Position numbers and translations under genes: made by a program | In this document: one piece after another, positions 1-10,744 of the stretch | Position numbering within the stretch: position 1 is the first letter of the stretch | Layout: each line of letters opens with the position of its first letter | Virus record (IMG/VR): IMGVR_UViG_3300045988_164457 | Span: 69,216 to 133,215 of that record | Strand: one strand, 5' to 3' | Length of the DNA: 64,000 nt | Source: a virus | Notes under the pieces: generated by a model | What the model was told of the DNA's origin: nothing | Database searches by the model: none | What the model saw: only the letters and a program-made list of their open reading frames with translations

Positions 1-56
1 CAGCAGTCAACAACATAATAATCCATATTATCACCTACTTTTATTTTGCAAATTAT

Positions 57-620
57 TTAATCGTGAATATCTAAAATAGTAGCAAACATACCCTTGCTAT
101 TTTCTTTGATTTTAGCAAGTTTTTCATCAAACTGTTTATCTTCAATAAGGTTATGTCCGTCCCAAGTTTCACGCACTATGACATTTTCATTTGAGTCAAT
201 ACATATAAAACAGTTTACGTCATCAAAATTAAGCAAATCGTCTATCTTTGCTCCGTCCACATATAAGAAACCATCTCTTGAACCCATAGAAGAATAATAA
301 TCTTCTTCAAAAAATATTGCTCCTTTTGTTTTTTGTAATTCAGATAACAGTTTTGAATAGAAAAGTCTTTTATTTCGTCCTCCATTTGAAATAAAATTCC
401 AATTATAATATTCGTTGTTTTTATCAATCTTTAACTTTAATGACCCTGTGTATCTACCACCAATACAAAACCAGTCATATGTAAATATGGGACATGGCTT
501 AATCAATTCGCCAGTCTCTTCATCATATTTTATATCCTCGTAATTATAAGGCTGTAAGATTTTTTCTATCTTACTTTCAGAGGGCAATTTCTTAGTAATC
601 AATAAAACACAATAATGCAA
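57..620 (-). CDS. hypothetical protein
   Basis: 187-aa ORF co-oriented with the leftward block. No motif recognised. Confidence 0.5.
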   Translation of the reverse strand: MHYCVLLITKKLPSESKIEKILQPYNYEDIKYDEETGELIKPCPIFTYDWFCIGGRYTGSLKLKIDKNNEYYNWNFISNGGRNKRLFYSKLLSELQKTKGAIFFEEDYYSSMGSRDGFLYVDGAKIDDLLNFDDVNCFICIDSNENVIVRETWDGHNLIEDKQFDEKLAKIKENSKGMFATILDIHD

Positions 621-749
621 AAAATAATGCTCCTTTCTAAACTTAATAAAAAATCTGTTTTGTGATAGTTCAATGATTCTGTCTTTAGTCTAAAATGGAA
701 TTATTTTAGACTAAAACTTATCACGAAATTTCACTTTCATTAACTAACA

Positions 750-1148
750 TTAACTAAATAGCCTATCTATAATACCTTTACTTACTAACTTAGGATAAAA
801 GTTTTTAAGATATTTAATATATTCATTTGAAACATCTGACATTTTAGAATTTAATATCTTATCAAAATCATTTTTCCATCTATCAGGAACTTTAAACTCA
901 TAAGTGGCATATGTTTCGTCAAATTCGTCATCATATGTTTTGATAAAATTTTCATCATCATACAATGCCTCTTCACCAAACCCACAGTTTCTATTTCCAC
1001 CACCCACTCTTGTATAGATAGCGATGTTGTTTTCATCTGTTACATAACAATCTCTAAATCTCGGATAATCTTCTTGCTTTCTGCCCAACATCGGCAATAT
1101 CAGTAAGCAAGCTGGATTATAACCATTTATCATATTGTACAAACTCAT
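750..1148 (-). CDS. hypothetical protein
   Basis: 132-aa ORF. Its start abuts the stop of the upstream gene (1148/1149). Confidence 0.55.
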   Translation of the reverse strand: MSLYNMINGYNPACLLILPMLGRKQEDYPRFRDCYVTDENNIAIYTRVGGGNRNCGFGEEALYDDENFIKTYDDEFDETYATYEFKVPDRWKNDFDKILNSKMSDVSNEYIKYLKNFYPKLVSKGIIDRLFS

Positions 1149-1346
1149 TTAAATATTCTCCTTATAAACACCATTTATGCGGTCACGATGCATTTGAGCA
1201 TATTGCAAAACAATATCATGTAAACCGTTAACCCTTTTATCAATTTCTTCTAAATCATGTGTAACAGCAATACGATTTAGCAATCCATCAATCATATCTC
1301 TGATATTGCGTTGCTTATTGTACTGTTCCTGATTTACATAGGGCAT
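1149..1346 (-). CDS. hypothetical small protein
   Basis: 65-aa ORF tightly packed in the operon. Confidence 0.5.
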   Translation of the reverse strand: MPYVNQEQYNKQRNIRDMIDGLLNRIAVTHDLEEIDKRVNGLHDIVLQYAQMHRDRINGVYKENI

Positions 1347-1358
1347 ATTATTATCTCC

Positions 1359-2288
1359 TTATCTTTCACTTGCAATATTTCTTGCTAATTTCATAGCGAT
1401 GCCATTAGCAACCTTGCCGAAATTATCAATCTGCTTTACTGTTTCAGGCTCTTCCTTAACACAATCCTCGTAAACAGCCTTAGCCAAGTTCTTTGCAATA
1501 ATAGGCATTTCCTCTAAAGACCAATTCTCAGGGAGAATATCTTCATCAACAAACTTATTAAGAAGTTTCCTTACTCTTGCTTCTGTAACGATAGTTTCGG
1601 CAAGCTTCTGGACTTCTTCTCTCTTTTTCATTGTTGCTGGGTCAACAACCTTTGCTTCTTTATGAGTATGTGCTTCCTGAAACTTTTCAGCTACAATCTT
1701 GATGTAGAACGGCTGACGGGTATTAGGATTATTAAGCATTGTCTGATTTTTAATTACAATTCCTTCGCCGTGTTCACCGCCAAGGTCAGTCTTACCTACA
1801 AAACTCATACAATGTTCCCAAGAGATAAATTCACCCTCATAAAATGTAGGAACATAAGTAAGATTAAGTTTGTTTACAATAGCCTGAACTGTACTCTGAG
1901 GAAGATACTTTTCTGTGTTGGCATCATACACGTCATAACAATAAGCGTGATTATAACGCTCTTCCGGATAAGACAGCGTGTGTGGCACAAGCCATTCCAT
2001 AAACAATACAAGGTTGTCGCCGAGAACAGATTTTACGAGTTCCTTATTGAGCTTCTGCGACCACTCATAAAATCCTCTGAGATTATTGCCAACGCCAAGA
2101 ATATTATTTCTTGATTGGGCGACTATCGTATCAGTTTCAGAATCATATCTAATAGCTGCATTACAGCCATCAATCTTTTCTTGAATAACTATGTAATCAC
2201 CAACGCTAAACCCGTTAGCATACTCAGGTTTAATCCTCTGAATATCCATAAACTTCTTATGTATCATTTTAACATCTCCTTTAATCAT
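1359..2288 (-). CDS. ATP-dependent RNA ligase-like nucleotidyltransferase (Rnl2/RNA_ligase type)
   Basis: Motif I lysine in QEKIDGCNAAIRY (KxDGxN), GEGIVIK (motif IV-like) and FYIKIVAEKF (motif V-like). Size is about 300 aa. Confidence 0.65.
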   Translation of the reverse strand: MIKGDVKMIHKKFMDIQRIKPEYANGFSVGDYIVIQEKIDGCNAAIRYDSETDTIVAQSRNNILGVGNNLRGFYEWSQKLNKELVKSVLGDNLVLFMEWLVPHTLSYPEERYNHAYCYDVYDANTEKYLPQSTVQAIVNKLNLTYVPTFYEGEFISWEHCMSFVGKTDLGGEHGEGIVIKNQTMLNNPNTRQPFYIKIVAEKFQEAHTHKEAKVVDPATMKKREEVQKLAETIVTEARVRKLLNKFVDEDILPENWSLEEMPIIAKNLAKAVYEDCVKEEPETVKQIDNFGKVANGIAMKLARNIASER

Positions 2289-2296
2289 ATTGTATT

Positions 2297-2650
2297 TTAC
2301 TTGTTATTTTCTACCCAAGCCATAAACTCATACTTGTTGTTTTCTACCCAAGCCATAAACTCATTAATCGTAGTTTTCTGAATGTCTTTTACCATATTAT
2401 CATAGTCGAAACAGGAAATAAAGAGGGTAATAACATTTATAACAGGAATAGCAAAATATACATACATAGAAACACCAGCCCAATATTTTGAGTTTTTAAT
2501 ATTATATCTTTCAAACTCATGAGATAAATATTTGAACTTAGCAAACCTTTCAAGATTAAGATATACTTCTTTAGTAATACGATTCATATAGACTATATTA
2601 GCTATAAAGATTATTACATTTACTATTACCGCAAATATTATTACTCTCAT
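2297..2650 (-). CDS. small membrane protein with duplicated C-terminal 11-aa segment
   Basis: Hydrophobic N-terminus. The C-terminus reads NEFMAWVENNKYEFMAWVENNK, encoded by a 2x33-bp tandem repeat. Confidence 0.5.
   Translation of the reverse strand: MRVIIFAVIVNVIIFIANIVYMNRITKEVYLNLERFAKFKYLSHEFERYNIKNSKYWAGVSMYVYFAIPVINVITLFISCFDYDNMVKDIQKTTINEFMAWVENNKYEFMAWVENNK
2298..2363. repeat. 2 x 33-bp tandem duplication inside the 3' end of a CDS
   Basis: tacttgtt[a/g]ttttctacccaagccataaactca occurs at 2298-2330 and 2331-2363 with one mismatch. Confidence 0.9.
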
Positions 2651-2669
2651 CTTATTATCTCCTCAATAT

Positions 2670-3224
2670 TTACTTTTCAGCCCAATCAGCCGGAACTCCA
2701 TACTTTTCTTCGGCAAGTTTAGCTGCTTCGTAAGCTTCCTTACGTCTGATTACTTCCATACGGATTCTATACTTTTCGCGTCTTTTCTTGTCACGTTCTG
2801 CAAGTCTCTGTTCCTCTGCCCTCTGAATTTCAGCCTTTGCACGAGCCTCGGCTTCTCTCTTAGGCTTAGTAATGAGCCAGTAATCAGCCATATCCGAAAT
2901 ATTCTTGTTGAGGAGCTTCTTTGCTATATGCTTTGCATAACAGGTTGTGAAACCATAATAAGCATCTGCCTTATCAGCAGAACACTCTACTGATTCCTTA
3001 GAACCGTCTGCAAAAGTAAGAACTGTCCTTATGTATGTAGTATTGTACTTAGTGAACTGTTCTGCGTGATAGTCTACAACCTTGCAACGCACATCATCTA
3101 TATTAGAGTCTTTAATCATAAAATTAGGTAAATCAGACATTGTTCCAAATATGAGAGGTATTGTTGCATCATCCCTCTTTACCATTACTGCTTTTACAAC
3201 ATTATTCAGGTCTTTGTAAGCCAT
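2670..3224 (-). CDS. hypothetical protein with K/E/R-rich C-terminal helix
   Basis: 184-aa ORF. The C-terminal third is charged and coiled-coil-like. Confidence 0.55.
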   Translation of the reverse strand: MAYKDLNNVVKAVMVKRDDATIPLIFGTMSDLPNFMIKDSNIDDVRCKVVDYHAEQFTKYNTTYIRTVLTFADGSKESVECSADKADAYYGFTTCYAKHIAKKLLNKNISDMADYWLITKPKREAEARAKAEIQRAEEQRLAERDKKRREKYRIRMEVIRRKEAYEAAKLAEEKYGVPADWAEK

Positions 3225-3266
3225 TCTTATATTCTCCTTTAGTTTATTATATTTTGTGTAACCATA

Positions 3267-3285
3267 TTATTATTTACTTATAATT
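3267..3285. promoter_or_regulatory. 19-bp box TTATTATTTACTTATAATT (copy 1), operator candidate
   Basis: Exact copy also at 3355-3373, and the pair flanks a minus-strand promoter. Diverged copies lie at 17250, 21190 and 21268. Confidence 0.45.
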
Positions 3286-3298
3286 TGATTACATACTT

Positions 3299-3326
3299 AT
3301 TATACCATATATAATAGAAATGTCAA
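3299..3326 (-). promoter_or_regulatory. sigmaA-type promoter (minus strand)
   Basis: Reverse complement reads TTGACA-16-TATAAT preceded by TGG. Confidence 0.6.
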
Positions 3327-3354
3327 GTGATTTTTCGAATTATTTTGTTCATTT

Positions 3355-3373
3355 TTATTATTTACTTATAATT
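3355..3373. promoter_or_regulatory. 19-bp box TTATTATTTACTTATAATT (copy 2)
   Basis: Identical to 3267-3285. Confidence 0.45.
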
Positions 3374-4652
3374 ATATATTTGGCTCTGTCTTATCGAATC
3401 TTACTGTTTGAAACACTGGAAACTGCAAAGAACAACTACCGTCCTTGTTCTTAGTTTCTTCCTTATACTTAACCGTGACTATCTTGCCGATAATTTCATT
3501 AGGGTTATTCCAATAATAGCTTCTTTGTTCATCGGTAAAACCAGAACCAACTTTTACAATGTTGTTTTTATACTCGCAAAGGATTGAGCCAAGAGTATTT
3601 ACGTTCTTACCTGTGCCTTGCTCAATATCAATACACTTTAGGTCACAATCATAAAAACACTTTACTTTGATTAACTCCTTTGTTCTCTTGCACTTGTATG
3701 TTGTATCAAACTGAACCATACAACCTTCCTTATCTGTGCTTTCGGCATATTCAAGCCATTTCTGTATCTGCAAATGGTCTGTACCCTCATACCACATTGG
3801 AACGATTCTAAGATTTTTAATATCGTTGTTCTTTATCTTTTTTGCGATTATATCAGTAAGATACTTCTTACGTTCTCCATATTTTAATAGGCTCTCACCA
3901 GCCATAAACTCATTTTTAGGAAGGCAGTCAAAAATCACATATTCAAGGCAAGACTTATCTATATCTTTACTATTTGCAATTCCTGTACCTATTTGAAAGT
4001 TTTCGCTGTCTGATTTACCGTCTGTATTTTTACGAATAAGTTCACCGTCAAATACAAGGTCAGGAAGATTGAATTTCTGAATATCGGAAATTATATGGTC
4101 AAGACCTGTAAATTCTTTACCTGAACGACTATATAGCCTACCATTATAATAAACACATCTTGTTCCGTTCATTTTTTGACTTATGTAAATATATTCATCA
4201 CCTTTAAGCTTAACCTTATCAATAGGAGTGCCAAGTTGCACATCAAACACAGGAATAAATCCTTTACCATATATACTATTTACTGTCTTAGCATCTATAC
4301 CAAGCTTCAGAGACTTCGTTACAAGCTGTCTATAATATTCCTTATATTCTTCAGGCTGTAAACTGATAAAACCCTGTACAATAGCAATATCTGCATCTTT
4401 TCCCGTGTTATTGGTTTCAAGATAAATCATCAAATCTTGCCAAGTCTGAATTGGAGTTGTATCATACTTAACTGATTTATTAAGCTTTTTGGTGCTGATT
4501 CCTGTTATCACAAACGGATTTAAAAGCCATTTTAATGTATCAGTAAATAAAATGTTTCTTTTATTAACTTTCAGAATTTCAATCTTTTCAGTTTTTTTGC
4601 TTGTTGACTGGAGCTGATTGAATATTTTGAATACGTTAATCATTTCATTCAT
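3372..4652 (-). CDS. ATP-dependent DNA ligase
   Basis: Adenylation motif I-like ISQKMNGTRCV, FDGEL (motif III), EGCMVQF (motif IV) and LIKVK (motif V). 426 aa. Confidence 0.75.
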   Translation of the reverse strand: MNEMINVFKIFNQLQSTSKKTEKIEILKVNKRNILFTDTLKWLLNPFVITGISTKKLNKSVKYDTTPIQTWQDLMIYLETNNTGKDADIAIVQGFISLQPEEYKEYYRQLVTKSLKLGIDAKTVNSIYGKGFIPVFDVQLGTPIDKVKLKGDEYIYISQKMNGTRCVYYNGRLYSRSGKEFTGLDHIISDIQKFNLPDLVFDGELIRKNTDGKSDSENFQIGTGIANSKDIDKSCLEYVIFDCLPKNEFMAGESLLKYGERKKYLTDIIAKKIKNNDIKNLRIVPMWYEGTDHLQIQKWLEYAESTDKEGCMVQFDTTYKCKRTKELIKVKCFYDCDLKCIDIEQGTGKNVNTLGSILCEYKNNIVKVGSGFTDEQRSYYWNNPNEIIGKIVTVKYKEETKNKDGSCSLQFPVFQTVRFDKTEPNI

Positions 4653-5283
4653 TTGTGGAATCTCCTTTCAGTTCTTCATCGTAAACATCAAAATCAAAAA
4701 TAAGATGCTTTCTACTTGCAATATAATCACACAGATGAACACATTTCTGAATGTCTGTTTCGGGAGTAGGAAGTATATCATCTGAATATTTTGATGTATT
4801 CCACTTACCCATATGAGAAGCCACTGCGTCAGAAATTGTCAATACTCTTGTACCAAAATAAAGGTCTAAGGCATTAGTCATACAGTTCATATCATTCTTA
4901 TTAACATATTCTGCGTATTTTTCTAAAATAAAGTATTTCATAAGTATAGGATGATTGAAAACTGTATGATCTTCCCACATACCACACTTTAGCCCATCAT
5001 GAAGAATGAGTGCCGATGTTACAATATCTTTATCGACATCATTGAAATTATAAAAATCTGCCCTAAATAAATCCTGTGCCATTGCAACAGCAGCTTTAGT
5101 GTGTCTGATAAGTCCTCCTTCTCCTATTGTATATGACGGATGATACTTACCACTCGTACTTGCACCAATATGTCTAAAATAATCTGGAAGGTCATCAAGA
5201 ACAAAAGCTGTGAAATCTTTAATTTTACTATCCTTGATAAAACTTAATTCTCTTGTAAAATTTTCTGAATTTGTCATATTCAT
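4645..5283 (-). CDS. HD-domain phosphohydrolase
   Basis: GKYHPS...IRHT and ILHDGLK form an H...HD...D pattern. Confidence 0.7.
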   Translation of the reverse strand: MNMTNSENFTRELSFIKDSKIKDFTAFVLDDLPDYFRHIGASTSGKYHPSYTIGEGGLIRHTKAAVAMAQDLFRADFYNFNDVDKDIVTSALILHDGLKCGMWEDHTVFNHPILMKYFILEKYAEYVNKNDMNCMTNALDLYFGTRVLTISDAVASHMGKWNTSKYSDDILPTPETDIQKCVHLCDYIASRKHLIFDFDVYDEELKGDSTNE

Positions 5284-7556
5284 TCTCCTTCAATTAATAA
5301 ATTATATAACCAAGTTTGACGTGTAAAATTTTCTTTTTTCTTAATTGCTCTACCGAATGTGTTTAAATCACTAAGCAAATAACATCTTTCTTTTGCTCTT
5401 GTAATTGCTACATATAGTAAATTTGAATTAAGCATAAATGTATGTGAATTTGGTGCAAAAACAATAACAATTCTTGCTTGACCACCTTGACTCTTATGAA
5501 TCGAAATTGCATAAGCCAATTTAATGTTGGAAAACTTATCTTTTGGAATATAAATTTTATAATCATCAAAATCAACTATAATGCCATTATAAGTAATGTC
5601 TGAAATAATTCCTATATCTCCATTTGGAATAAGTGTTGTTATATCTTCTTCAGCATTATAATAGTCAGCGTGATTTTCTTGATATATAAATGACTGATAA
5701 TCATTTTTACATTGAATAATAGGATCGCCTATTCTATATTCAACATCTCCAAAAGAAGTTTTCTTTGTAACGTTAGTATTTATCACTGATTGGATTTGAT
5801 TGTTTATTTTTTCTGTACCATAATCACCTTTGTTTTGAGCTACTACAATTAGAATATCCTTTAAGGGAATATTGTTATCTAAGAGTTTTTTATACATTTT
5901 TATAATGTAATCGACTGCTCGTTCAGGTGCAATAGGAATGTAAGTACAGCCTTTATCTTCTCCAACCGTCTGAGTACCTGTTACATTCTGAAAAGTTAAT
6001 TTACTTTCTCTTATATCCGTGGCTACTGTACTCAATCCACCCTTTCCATAACGGAATACTTTTGAAAGCCACACCGTTGGAACAATATTACTATTTAAAA
6101 TATCGTGTAATACATTTCCACAAGATACTGATGGTATTTGAGCATTATCTCCTATGATTAAAAGTTTTGTCCTACTGAAATCAATAGATTCAAGTAAATG
6201 TTTAAATAAAAACACATCTACCATAGAAGTTTCATCAAGAATAACAATATCTTGAGGTAACTTATTCTTTTCATTGTAACACCATTCATTAGGTGGCATA
6301 AATCCTAATCCTCTATGAATAGTGCTTGCCATATGATTGGTATATTTCTGCAATACCTTTGCAGCTCTGCCAGTTGGAGCAAGCAAAATTGCAGTCAAAT
6401 TATTATCATAAAGCATATTCATTAATGCCAATACTGAAAAACTTTTACCACTGCCTGCAAATCCCTGTAAGACAGTTATAGTATTTTCACATACAGATTT
6501 CATAGTTTGCATTTGTTCATCTGTGAGTAACGAATTGTTTATAACACGATATTTCTCTATATCTACATTCCATTTGCGATTAACCTTTAAAGCATTTTTA
6601 AGTGTATCAGCAATATATTTTTCTGTTTCAAATGTATTTGTTTTAGAGATTCTACCCTGTTTCTTATCAAATATTATAGTATCAGATGAATTGATTGCAT
6701 CTGCAAGTTTATCCTTTGCTTCAAGGGCATAAGTCAAACATTCTTTTTGAAACTGTTTGATACTCATATAAGTATTTCCGTTATTTTCATTTTCATCAAG
6801 AACATAAAAGCAACAAGCTTTCATTCTTTCGACAGATGTTAGAAGATCAAATTTAAAATCTATAATTGGCTTCTCTCCATTTTTTACACGTTCTTTAGAT
6901 AATTCATCTATTCGGAGCAAGAGTGCATCTGCTGTTTTAAACCCTATACCTCCTAATTTACATAGACACTCATAAGGTTTAGTATGAAGATTTTCTTTAA
7001 TTTTTTCAATAGATGAATAGGTGTCATATAATTTCTTTATGATAGAAAAACTAAATACTCCTGAAAATTCATCTACTAATTCTGCAAGTTTAAAATTTTC
7101 AATTACCTTTTTCTTTATCTTGGCAAAGGTAACTTCTTTTATGCCTTTAGTTTTATTCAAATCAATATCATTAAGACGATTATTCATTATTCTGTCTATA
7201 ATATCGGGATATACAGCAAGCAGTGTGCTTGCTTGCTGATAAGTTAATATCTCCTGCAAAAAAGCCCTGCTGTTTTCAAGAGTTACTGGCTTTTCGCTTC
7301 TGATATTTATAACTTTATATCCTATACCATATTTATCTTTTTCTTCATCTGCTTTTATGATATATTCACAGTCAAGATTAAGTTCTTGTATATCTCCTTT
7401 TATTGTAACTGTTCCATATTTAGAGACTGCAATATTAGGATATTTAAAACTGTCTATAGTACAACCATAGATTTTAAAATTTTCAGAATTATAAAGACAT
7501 CTTATTGGGATTGCTTTAAATTCTTTTATTTTAGTTAATTTTTCAGAACTTCCCAA
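5280..7556 (-). CDS. RecD-like SF1 helicase
   Basis: Walker A GFAGSGKS, APTGRAAKVL, Walker B ILDETSMVD, IIGDNAQIPSV, SIHKSQGGQ and AITRAKERCYLL. Confidence 0.85.
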   Translation of the reverse strand: MGSSEKLTKIKEFKAIPIRCLYNSENFKIYGCTIDSFKYPNIAVSKYGTVTIKGDIQELNLDCEYIIKADEEKDKYGIGYKVINIRSEKPVTLENSRAFLQEILTYQQASTLLAVYPDIIDRIMNNRLNDIDLNKTKGIKEVTFAKIKKKVIENFKLAELVDEFSGVFSFSIIKKLYDTYSSIEKIKENLHTKPYECLCKLGGIGFKTADALLLRIDELSKERVKNGEKPIIDFKFDLLTSVERMKACCFYVLDENENNGNTYMSIKQFQKECLTYALEAKDKLADAINSSDTIIFDKKQGRISKTNTFETEKYIADTLKNALKVNRKWNVDIEKYRVINNSLLTDEQMQTMKSVCENTITVLQGFAGSGKSFSVLALMNMLYDNNLTAILLAPTGRAAKVLQKYTNHMASTIHRGLGFMPPNEWCYNEKNKLPQDIVILDETSMVDVFLFKHLLESIDFSRTKLLIIGDNAQIPSVSCGNVLHDILNSNIVPTVWLSKVFRYGKGGLSTVATDIRESKLTFQNVTGTQTVGEDKGCTYIPIAPERAVDYIIKMYKKLLDNNIPLKDILIVVAQNKGDYGTEKINNQIQSVINTNVTKKTSFGDVEYRIGDPIIQCKNDYQSFIYQENHADYYNAEEDITTLIPNGDIGIISDITYNGIIVDFDDYKIYIPKDKFSNIKLAYAISIHKSQGGQARIVIVFAPNSHTFMLNSNLLYVAITRAKERCYLLSDLNTFGRAIKKKENFTRQTWLYNLLIEGE

Positions 7557-10500
7557 TGTATCATCACCTTTTCTTTTTCATTTGTTTTTACCCATTTGCC
7601 ATCAATTAATTTGCTTTTATATTTATCATCAAACCAAATATTAAGAATGCTGTTTTCTCTAAATGGTATTGAAGCATATTCATTTGCAGATATTACCTTT
7701 GATTTCATAGTTATGCCTGTTTTTAGATGATAAAGCATAACATAAGGCTTGCATTTGTCCTTATAGACTTTCATTTCAAGAACATAATACAAACTCTCTG
7801 GAGCTTTGGGATTGGCATAATCTATGTATCCAAGTATTTCCTTTTGATATTGAATAGTTTTTATGAGAGAATTTTTTATGTTAGACAAAGAATCCCAATA
7901 CTCATATAATGCTGTATCATAATCAAATTCTCTATATTGCTTTTCAGTTTCCTTAGAATGATTTTTTATTATTTCAGCTATTTCAAAATAGACAGAATTT
8001 TTACTAAACTGTGTTCTTTCATATAAACTGTCAGTCATTTCAATAAACCTGAGTATTCTTTCATTGTTGCCAAAATCAGAGAAATAATTGATTTTTGCCA
8101 AGATTTCAATATGACCTTTATTTATAACAGATGATTTTTTTAATGCTTTCCATATATCATAGAAATTATCAAATTTCATTTGACCTATTGTATATAGTTC
8201 ATCTGCTACCTTTTGGCTCAATCCTTTAATTGATAACAATGAGGGATAGATACAATGATTGTTCTGATCTGCTTTAAATCGTCTATTATCCTCTCCAAAC
8301 TTATATTTCCCCTCTTCAATCTTAAAGCCTTCACGCATTTCTTGTTTCAGCAACATTACTTTATCTTTGTTTCCTTTATCAGAATAATGTTGCAAAAGAA
8401 CTTCGTAAAACTCATAGGGATAATGGGCTTTAAGATAAGCACAGTAAAGAGAATCCAATGCCATACAATAAGCATGAGCTGAATTAAATCCATATCCGCA
8501 AGAATCTGAAATAATTTGCCATACTTTATTGCTCATCTCTATAGCAGTATTTTCATCAACCTTATCATCTGCAATAATTCTTGCCTTAAATCCATCTATA
8601 AACCTGCTTTTTAAAGGTTTAACCTTTTCAGGATGCTTTTTTGCGATAGCTTTGATAATTCCATAACATTCATCAAGAGGAAATCCAGCATAGTTTAATG
8701 TATTCATTGTCTGTTCCTGATAAAGAATAAACGATTGTGGAAATTCAGGTGTCTGCAAAATATTATCAAATGCCTTAATTCCATATTCAAAATGCTCTCT
8801 TGTTTCAAATTTTGAATACATTGATTTAAAAGCTGGACGTATCGCTGCAATAAAAGCTGCTAACTCAGATATATTCTGAGGCTTGAATTTCATTGCTTTT
8901 TTAGTAGTAGATTGTTTTTCACACTGATTTATTCCAATCGTCAAGCCCGATGAATAAATATTCCATACCTTTTCATCATTTTTTACAAGTTCGGTAAGTT
9001 CATTTACAGTATGATGTTTAATGCCTATTCTTTTGTAAAGATTATTTATTAACAAAACCACATCTACTTTAAGCAGGTCATTTTTGAGAAATTTATATTT
9101 TTCAGCTATTGCACCATCAATTACAGTAGTTATATATTCTTTCTTTGTAGTATCACTTTTACACTTTATAAGTCCTACTTCAGAACGAATATCTCCTTGA
9201 TATAATAAATATGCACAGGGTGCTTTCTTTTTATCTGAAATAATTCCCCAATATTTTTTGCTTTGGTCAAGATAGTTATGATAATTTTTATCTACATAAT
9301 CATAAATATCAATCATATCCTTATCTTCATCGTCAGCATTTTTATATGCTTCTTCATAATCTCCAATTTGCTTGGAAATGTTATTTGCTAATTCAGCTTC
9401 CATATTCATTGCTCTTGAATACATCTTAAAAGCAGCTTTCTTTTTCAAAGTTCCAAAAGCAATCATAGGGTATGCGTGACCTTTACCGAGAATTTCTTCT
9501 TGCGCTTCTGCAAATATTTCAGGATTGCCACAGTTCAGATCAAGATCGGGAAGTGATCTCGTTTCAAGAATACGGCTTTCAGAAATAAATCTTTCAGGAT
9601 AAAGTTTTATAGGAGACTTAAATCTATCTACTTTACTGAATCCACAAAGAGTATTTGTAAAATAGCCAACTCCAGAACCTCTTCCCGTATCTGTAATAAG
9701 TCCACCCTTTTCAATAGCTCTTTTTACTATCTGATAATCTATCAAAGGATAGTCCACCATTTTTGTTTTTTTATAAACATCAACTTCTTGCTGAACGCTT
9801 GTGATATACTTTTTCTTTTCTTCAACCGAAAAATCTTTTATATATTCTTTAAGTTTTGAAGCAATAAGTTTTGTATAAAGTTTGTTGCGTTCTTCTTGTG
9901 TTTTATTTGGATATATTGTAGGTAACTTTATATCATCAGTTAAAATTATATCATCAAAAGTTAGACAAATATCAGTATTATCCATAGCAGTTTGAATTTC
10001 TTCTTTGGTAAAAACACCTTGTTCAAGAAATCTCTGCATTATTGTATTGTCATCAGGATAATCCATATACCAGCCTTCTTCATCCTCATAAAAGACTTTA
10101 TTGGCTTCAAGCAGATTTTGTCTATCTTCTGACTGTTCAGGATAGATATAATGACTATCAAGCCCCACAATCATTTGAATATCATTGTTATAAGCAATTT
10201 TCTTTATCTTTTTATTTAAGGCAATTTGTTGTGGTGTATTATGATATTGAATTTCAAGCATTAAATTATTCTGAAAGTGTTCTTTTAATTTTAATACAAT
10301 TTCTTCAATGTCATCATACTTCCAAAAGGCTATACAAGCTGTTGTAATAAACACATCATTAGATGGTAAAGAAAAGAGTAAATCTAAATCAAGGCGAGGT
10401 CTAAAATAATATCCTGTTTCATTGGCTTCAGATAGAACTTCGTTAATTGCTCTTCTGCCATTTTCATTTTTAGCAAGAATAATTATATGACAATTTGTCT

Positions 10501-10744
10501 TATCTTTTTCAGCCCTATCTTTTACCCAATACGCTTCTGCACCAAATACAAACTTTAAATTGTATTTTTTTGCAAGTTCAAATGTTTGATAATAATATCC
10601 TTGCCAACCGTGTTCAACACTTGATATTATTTTATGACCTACTTCTACTGCTCTTTTTGCATAATCTTCATTCATTACTGCACTATCTGCAATATAAATA
10701 TTGCTATAAGAAGAATGTCTATGATAGTTCTGCAATTTATTCAC
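7535..10744 (-). CDS. DNA polymerase III alpha-type (DnaE-like) replicase with N-terminal PHP domain
   Basis: YHRHSSYS PHP start, TGRGSGVGYF and LPDLDLNC palm motifs. 1069 aa. Confidence 0.85.
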   Translation of the reverse strand: MNKLQNYHRHSSYSNIYIADSAVMNEDYAKRAVEVGHKIISSVEHGWQGYYYQTFELAKKYNLKFVFGAEAYWVKDRAEKDKTNCHIIILAKNENGRRAINEVLSEANETGYYFRPRLDLDLLFSLPSNDVFITTACIAFWKYDDIEEIVLKLKEHFQNNLMLEIQYHNTPQQIALNKKIKKIAYNNDIQMIVGLDSHYIYPEQSEDRQNLLEANKVFYEDEEGWYMDYPDDNTIMQRFLEQGVFTKEEIQTAMDNTDICLTFDDIILTDDIKLPTIYPNKTQEERNKLYTKLIASKLKEYIKDFSVEEKKKYITSVQQEVDVYKKTKMVDYPLIDYQIVKRAIEKGGLITDTGRGSGVGYFTNTLCGFSKVDRFKSPIKLYPERFISESRILETRSLPDLDLNCGNPEIFAEAQEEILGKGHAYPMIAFGTLKKKAAFKMYSRAMNMEAELANNISKQIGDYEEAYKNADDEDKDMIDIYDYVDKNYHNYLDQSKKYWGIISDKKKAPCAYLLYQGDIRSEVGLIKCKSDTTKKEYITTVIDGAIAEKYKFLKNDLLKVDVVLLINNLYKRIGIKHHTVNELTELVKNDEKVWNIYSSGLTIGINQCEKQSTTKKAMKFKPQNISELAAFIAAIRPAFKSMYSKFETREHFEYGIKAFDNILQTPEFPQSFILYQEQTMNTLNYAGFPLDECYGIIKAIAKKHPEKVKPLKSRFIDGFKARIIADDKVDENTAIEMSNKVWQIISDSCGYGFNSAHAYCMALDSLYCAYLKAHYPYEFYEVLLQHYSDKGNKDKVMLLKQEMREGFKIEEGKYKFGEDNRRFKADQNNHCIYPSLLSIKGLSQKVADELYTIGQMKFDNFYDIWKALKKSSVINKGHIEILAKINYFSDFGNNERILRFIEMTDSLYERTQFSKNSVYFEIAEIIKNHSKETEKQYREFDYDTALYEYWDSLSNIKNSLIKTIQYQKEILGYIDYANPKAPESLYYVLEMKVYKDKCKPYVMLYHLKTGITMKSKVISANEYASIPFRENSILNIWFDDKYKSKLIDGKWVKTNEKEKVMIHWEVLKN

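Noticed and set aside
685-716. 11-bp-stem hairpin (tagtctaaaat/attttagacta) between the first two genes as a terminator
   Set aside because: It is not followed by a T-run in the transcribed (minus) sense and may simply be an intergenic palindrome. Evidence is insufficient to annotate it.
1662-2114. Long antisense ORFs inside well-supported genes (also 16429-17019, 50517-50963, 59169-59894, 42949-43431 and others)
   Set aside because: They are antisense to genes with clear catalytic motifs. Their products are low-complexity, I/L/F/S-rich translations typical of AT-rich antisense frames, and none has an RBS.
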